A stretch of 63,998 nt of DNA, counting the filler, from Lenisia limosa (taxonomy: Eukaryota; Protista; Breviatea), in the NCBI GenBank assembly GCA_001655205.1. It is 13 parts of 13 records of this genome, joined end to end, with 100 filler letters (N's around TTAATTAATTAA, not from the genome) between each part and the next. Parts side by side here need not be neighbours in the genome. Positions count along the whole stretch, not along the records: positions 58,391 to 62,466 come from LPNZ01003293.1; positions 62,567 to 63,998 come from LPNZ01000349.1; 11 more parts are not named here. The stretch is one strand, 5' to 3'. Positions 59,790 through 63,998 of the stretch are shown here, piece after piece. The position numbers were made by a program, and so were the translations under genes. The notes beneath the pieces are model-generated. The model did not search any database. It was not told the origin of the DNA and saw nothing but the letters and a program-made list of their open reading frames with translations. Each line of letters begins with the position of its first letter. Position 1 is the stretch's first letter.

Positions 59790-62466
59790 TTGGATAGTCT
59801 TGTTTTTGTACTTGGAGATAATGCCATTTGAGAGCCAAATACACTGCCGGGGTATCGTCTATTTCCCGATCCGCCGCCGGGTCCTCCTCTCGCGTTACTC
59901 CAAAAATGTATCATAACAACCCCATGAAATATTGGTTATCTTATTTGAATTTATGGTAAATGGACCCGATCCAACCGTCCAGTGGGGTCCAGTCCAATAT
60001 ATATACTAAATTATTCGAATATACGCCTCCTAGTAGCATAAAAATATTACGACTTTTCGTATATCATTTTAATGTGACAATGTCGCATCTACGCTGGCAT
60101 GTAAAAATATGCGACGCATATACGATAAAGTTATGAGGTAAATTGAGTAATTCTGACGGTCTGAGTATTTGTAGGCACAAGGAAAAGGATAACCTGTTGA
60201 GCAGGCTAGATTTCAGGTTGCGGTCACCAATGCTTTGCTATCATCTCCAAATGAACAGGGAAAAATAAAAGCAATAAATAAACCATAAAACAAGTACAAA
60301 TATACACGTAATCTAACACACAAGTAAAAGCAAGCACAATTACCACTGTCTCCTGCTGTGACCCTATGATTTAGACTGCCTTTTGAGCTTTTGGTACCAC
60401 TGGGGGGTTGGTGCTTGTTGAAGGTTCTACAAATATAAACAGGGGGATGGGGGGGGGGGGGTNNNNNNNNNNNNNNNNNNNNNNNNNNNNNNNNNNNNNN
60501 NNNNNNNNNNNNNNNNNNNNNNNNNNNNNNNNNNNNNNNNNNNNNNAACATGAAACAAAACAAAATTCGGGAGGGGAGTACTCTTTTGGCTGACAACACA
60601 CGGGTTGAAAACAACAAAACAAAGCTCAGGCCAATCGCTGCAGCACCGCATCCCATCACTCCAGCTTAGTATTAAGAATATTAAATAAGTGTGTACACAT
60701 GATAGTATATCATATGATATATACAATGACTGGAGTAAGTCTTGACCAGGGGAAAAGGGTCAAGACTTATCCCGGTCACTGTACATATCGATATTCGTCT
60801 TTGGATCTATATAGGACCATCACGCTTATAAAAGATATTGAATTATCATTTGCCTTACACTCTGAGCACACAGCTTTCTGCATGCCTCTGTAGTACACAG
60901 AGGCACGCAGAAAGCTGTCTGTACAGAGTTGTAAAGCAAACATAATATAGGACCCCAACCTTGGCTACGTACTTCTGCTGCAGATTGATGACAGCTTGAT
61001 TACTTTGATTACTACGTTGTGTGGGTACGGGGTTGGTGTACGGGGGAATCATGGGGGGGTTCTGGGGAATTAAAATGGGAAAATTGATAAAATGGGAAAC
61101 TCTATGAAACAAAAACAAAATGTCCAACAAAACTCAAAAAACACTATTAGAAAAATGTTAATTGGTTGATAGAAACACACAAGGGTTGACGACAAATCCA
61201 AATACGGCCGGTCTGGTTTTGCCCCCATTTATCCCACCCTCCCTGCTATATTTTTCAATGTTACTTGGGGATCCCCTATGGTCCCCAAAAAGACTGAATT
61301 TCTCGATAAATCCTCGAAAAATATCGATAGTTGACCAGTCTTTTTCGGGCCGTGGAAGCCCTCCTTATTATCCACACCCAACCAATCAGCATACCCTCCC
61401 TCCTCCAACTTAATTTATTATCTTAATAATATGCTGTTTGTTGTAGTATTGAGTGAGTTCTATTCTGATAATCCGCAGTAGACTCCAACTTACAGAAGAG
61501 TGTCGGTATATCGAGGGGTTAGGTGGGACATTGGGCTGTGTGTAGTGGATCTGTGAGGCGTGTTCCTGAGTTATTCAATAAAGGCGATAAAATGAGAAAA
61601 TTTATAAAACAAAAAAAAAAGAGCCCAAAATAAATTTTGTTGGCTGACAGACAACACACGATAACAACAAAACAAATAAAGCTCAGGCCAGTCACTTCTG
61701 CAGCGCCGCGTCCCATCACTCCAAGGGGGGGGTTATATTGTAGAGTTAAAGCAGGTTTTAGATAAAGTGTTGTATCATATTTAATCTTTTCAGCTAACCC
61801 GCGAAACAACGTCCTCGTCATGGCATAAAGTGGTACGATGATGCCCATTGCTTGCCGAGTCCGTTTGAGATGATGCCGACACCAAGACTTTCGGGGAGAA
61901 TTTCAGCTCCTGTGCAGCCGTCTATGATCGTTAAATTGGGGAGAGGCCTGAGGTGCATATCGATAAGAGTAAAAATAACACGTGACAGGGCGGTTGATAA
62001 AATGAAGTGTTTCCACAATATCACATAAGAATACTCCCTCCAATTTAACTTTTACTTCCATATTAGGTAACCCCCCCCCCTATTTACCACATTAGGCAAC
62101 TTCTACTTCGCAACCCCCACCTGGTCCTCCAGTCGCCGTAATACCGTATTAGTCTCCTCTAGCTCCAATTTCAACTGCAAGAGCTCTTTTTGGGCCAGAG
62201 ACTCCACTTCGTCAATTCTCATCCGTTGCTCCTCCTCGCATGCTCTCTGTGCGTCCTCCCCAGCCTCGCGCAATTCGCGTAGCTTTCTTGCGTGATCACG
62301 CGCAGCAGTTCGGCTCCATTCCTCAGCCTCGTCGTCAACTTGCCTCATACGGAAGTCCTGCGTGTCTGTCAACGACGCCCGCTTTGAAGAAAGATGGGCT
62401 GCTTTGTCCTGGATTTCGGCTTCGGCCGCAGGTACTGTGAATCTCAGCTGATCTAACTCTCTAAAG
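59790..62466 (-). CDS. Coiled-coil plus low-complexity protein, internal or C-terminal fragment
   Basis: Large exon ...TQDFRMRQVDDEAEEWSRTAARDHARKLRELREAGEDAQRACEEEQRMR...LRRLEDQ|ELKFSPKVLVS...|EHASQIHYTQPNVPPNP|PPMIPPYTNPVPTQRSNQ. 3' extent uncertain. Confidence 0.6.
60548..60665 (-). mobile_element. Repeat family B, full-length copy
   Basis: Minus strand: GCTGGAGTGATGGGATGCGGTGCTGCAGCGATTGGCCTGAGCTTTG...TTTCAACCCGTGTGTTGTCAGCCAAAAGAG...GTTTCAT. Confidence 0.8.
60724..60781. mobile_element. MITE family E, 58 bp, TA-flanked
   Basis: TA|CAATGACTGGAGTAAGTCTTGACC AGGGGAAAAG GGTCAAGACTTATCCCGGTCACTG|TA. Confidence 0.7.
60843..60938. repeat. Head-to-head family D 5' ends forming a ~45-bp-arm hairpin
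   Basis: TTTGCCTTACACTCTGAGCACACAGCTTTCTGCATGCCTCTGT-AGTAC-ACAGAGGCACGCAGAAAGCTGTCTGTACAGAGTTGTAAAGCAAA. Confidence 0.8.
61268..61361. mobile_element. MITE family A, subfamily 2
   Basis: GGGATCCCCTATGGTCCCCAAAAAGACTGAATTTCTCGATAAATCCTCG...GTCTTTTTCGGGCCGTGGAAGCCC; nested beside a B copy. Confidence 0.75.
61590..61722 (-). mobile_element. Repeat family B, full-length copy ending about 25 nt before an acceptor
   Basis: Minus strand: GGAGTGATGGGACGCGGCGCTGCAGAAGTGACTGGCCTGAGC...CAGCCAACAAAATTTATTTTGGGCTC...ATAAATTTTCTCATTTTATC...CTCAG|exon. Confidence 0.8.
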
Positions 62467-62566
62467 NNNNNNNNNNNNNNNNNNNNNNNNNNNNNNNNNN
62501 NNNNNNNNNNTTAATTAATTAANNNNNNNNNNNNNNNNNNNNNNNNNNNNNNNNNNNNNNNNNNNN
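62467..62566. other. Artificial scaffold-joining linker
   Basis: 44 N + TTAATTAATTAA (62511-62522) + 44 N. Confidence 0.97.
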
Positions 62567-62777
62567 GCGGGGAGGGGGGTTATGGGTCAATCTCATCATC
62601 TTCGTATCACTCCAATCTGCTTTCACTATATATAAGCAGATGTAGCTACATGACCACTAAGATTCCAATATTACTTTAATACTCCTCTTCCCCCTTGTTT
62701 TTCTTTTCTTAATACTATTAGATTACAACACCCCCCTTTTTAATTTTTTTTTTTATTATTCCTCCCCCCCTCCCATC

Positions 62778-62892
62778 TCACCTTCAACTCCTCCCATCTT
62801 GCACGTTCTGCAAGCTCCTCTGGGCTTTCCTCCTCAATTTCCGCCTCAATTTCGCTTTCATCCATATCTTCGGCTGGGTCAAGATCTAGGCT
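62778..62892 (-). CDS. Acidic exon of an unknown gene
   Basis: TAG|SLDLDPAEDMDESEIEAEIEEESPEELAERARWEELK|GTGAG. Confidence 0.5.
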
Positions 62893-63172
62893 CTATGGAG
62901 GTGAGAAAAGGGGAAAAGAGGAAACTATTGTAAATAATAGTCATAATAAAAATAGGAAAATAAATGACACAAAAGCCAAAAGTTGCGCGGGAGGTGAGAC
63001 AATAATAATAATTAAAAAAAAATATTCCAAAATGTTGAGGGTTGAGGTGATAAATATCGATATTATAATGATAAATCCTTGATAAATATCGATATTTTGC
63101 GGTATTTTTTGGACACTTTCTGAAACCTTGTTAAAGCGACACTTATAGAACCAAATGTGTGTCTTGGGATTA

Positions 63173-63270
63173 GAGCTTCACTTCGATTCGAAAAAAGACC
63201 GAATATCTCGATAAATCCTAGAAAAATATCGATATTTTACCTGTCGTTTTTTTGGACCGAAGTGAGACCC
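63173..63270. mobile_element. MITE family A
   Basis: TA|GAGCTTCACTTCGATTCGAAAAAAGACC...TTTTTGGACCGAAGTGAGACCC. Confidence 0.8.
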
Positions 63271-63342
63271 AGCTTTGGAAATATACAAATAAAAGCCCCA
63301 TTTTATTGCAGAGTAAAAACAAAACAAAACAAATTTGCAACT

Positions 63343-63450
63343 GGCCGAAGCCGTCCACACCATTACGATTATGAGAAATATTGGATTATAGTAAAATGGA
63401 ATTCACCCAATCATTTGCCTTACAACTCTGTGCACACAGCTTTCTGCGGG
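63343..63450 (-). mobile_element. Family D copy
   Basis: Minus strand: GCAGAAAGCTGTGTGCACAGAGTTGTAAGGCAAATGATTGGGTGAATT...GGTGTGGACGGCTTCGGCCAG. Confidence 0.75.
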
Positions 63451-63998
63451 CCCTCCCAACTTAACTGTATAACTACCACTCCATCCACCAATTCATCACA
63501 TACAATGATCAGGATAAGTCTTGACCTTGGCAGATATTCTACTGGTGTTTTCCAGCCCGTATTCCAGCGCACAGTGTTTTTCAGCCCGTTTCCCAGCATA
63601 CCTGTACGGAAGACTCGGTCTGGTAGGGCTTCAGAGATGTGGGGTCTGGTGGAGTGAAACGAGGAAAATTTCGGGGACTTTAAAATGGATGGGGGTGGTG
63701 TGTAAACATAAAAACAATTTAGGAAGAAAGAAAGAAAAAGCCCAAAATTTATTCTATTGGGGAGGTTTGAAAACAACAAAACAATAAAAGTCCAGACCAG
63801 TAGCTTCTGCAACATCCTCATCCTCAGATCTCAATAATCCAAAAATTTATCTTGTATTGTCGAGCAAAAAAACAAAAAAAGAAAACAAAAAGAAAACAAA
63901 AAGAAAATAAAAATAAAATAAAATAAAATAAAAAAAATCATCCAGAATGCCCCCCCCCCCCACCGTCCTCGAGGATTTCGGTTTTGCTTGGCTTCTTT

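Noticed and set aside
1641-60726. Long ORFs in the track containing X runs or poly-Pro/poly-Gly
   Set aside because: They are open only because N gaps and adjacent homopolymer runs contain no stop codons.
3089-62522. Twelve identical TTAATTAATTAA palindromes as a biological repeat or regulatory site
   Set aside because: Each is centred between exactly 44 N on both sides (100 bp total) and gives stops in all six frames, so it is a concatenation linker.
1-63998. tRNA, rRNA, snRNA, spliced-leader or autonomous transposase genes
   Set aside because: None recognised by eye. A tRNAscan-SE/Infernal run would be needed to exclude small RNAs.

Overview
This is eukaryotic nuclear DNA, not a prokaryotic window. 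It is also not one contiguous locus: 12 artificial 100-bp linkers (44 N + TTAATTAATTAA + 44 N) join 13 assembly fragments (1-3044, 3145-6807, 6908-24324, 24425-29706, 29807-32842, 32943-46412, 46513-48590, 48691-51282, 51383-53072, 53173-55338, 55439-58290, 58391-62466, 62567-63998), so nothing can be inferred from adjacency across linkers. The genes are very intron-rich, use GT-AG introns and read in the standard code, so the ORF track shows only exon fragments. By manual splicing and recognition from memory (no database search) I find SKA1, cornichon, an AdipoR/PAQR receptor, DNAAF4, a CEP120-like gene, AdoMetDC (AMD1), DRC4/GAS8, a SNF2 helicase, a Ca-EGF repeat protein, glyoxalase I, a long SHIPPO (PGPG) repeat protein, a Ser/Thr kinase, an RCC1-like protein and several unknown coiled-coil or membrane proteins. 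This gene set suggests a flagellated, probably non-dikaryan microbial eukaryote (inference). The most unusual signal lies in the introns. Two dispersed repeat families (here B and C) share a pyrimidine/poly-C tail. B lies in the host-gene sense orientation, and many B and C copies end at or near the 3' splice site; antisense C copies instead abut 5' splice sites. Other notable features are a very abundant ~95-bp TA-flanked MITE (A), G-runs after donors and C-runs before acceptors, repeated tandem duplication of acceptor regions, and candidate uORFs upstream of AMD1. Exon and repeat boundaries were placed by eye and are approximate.
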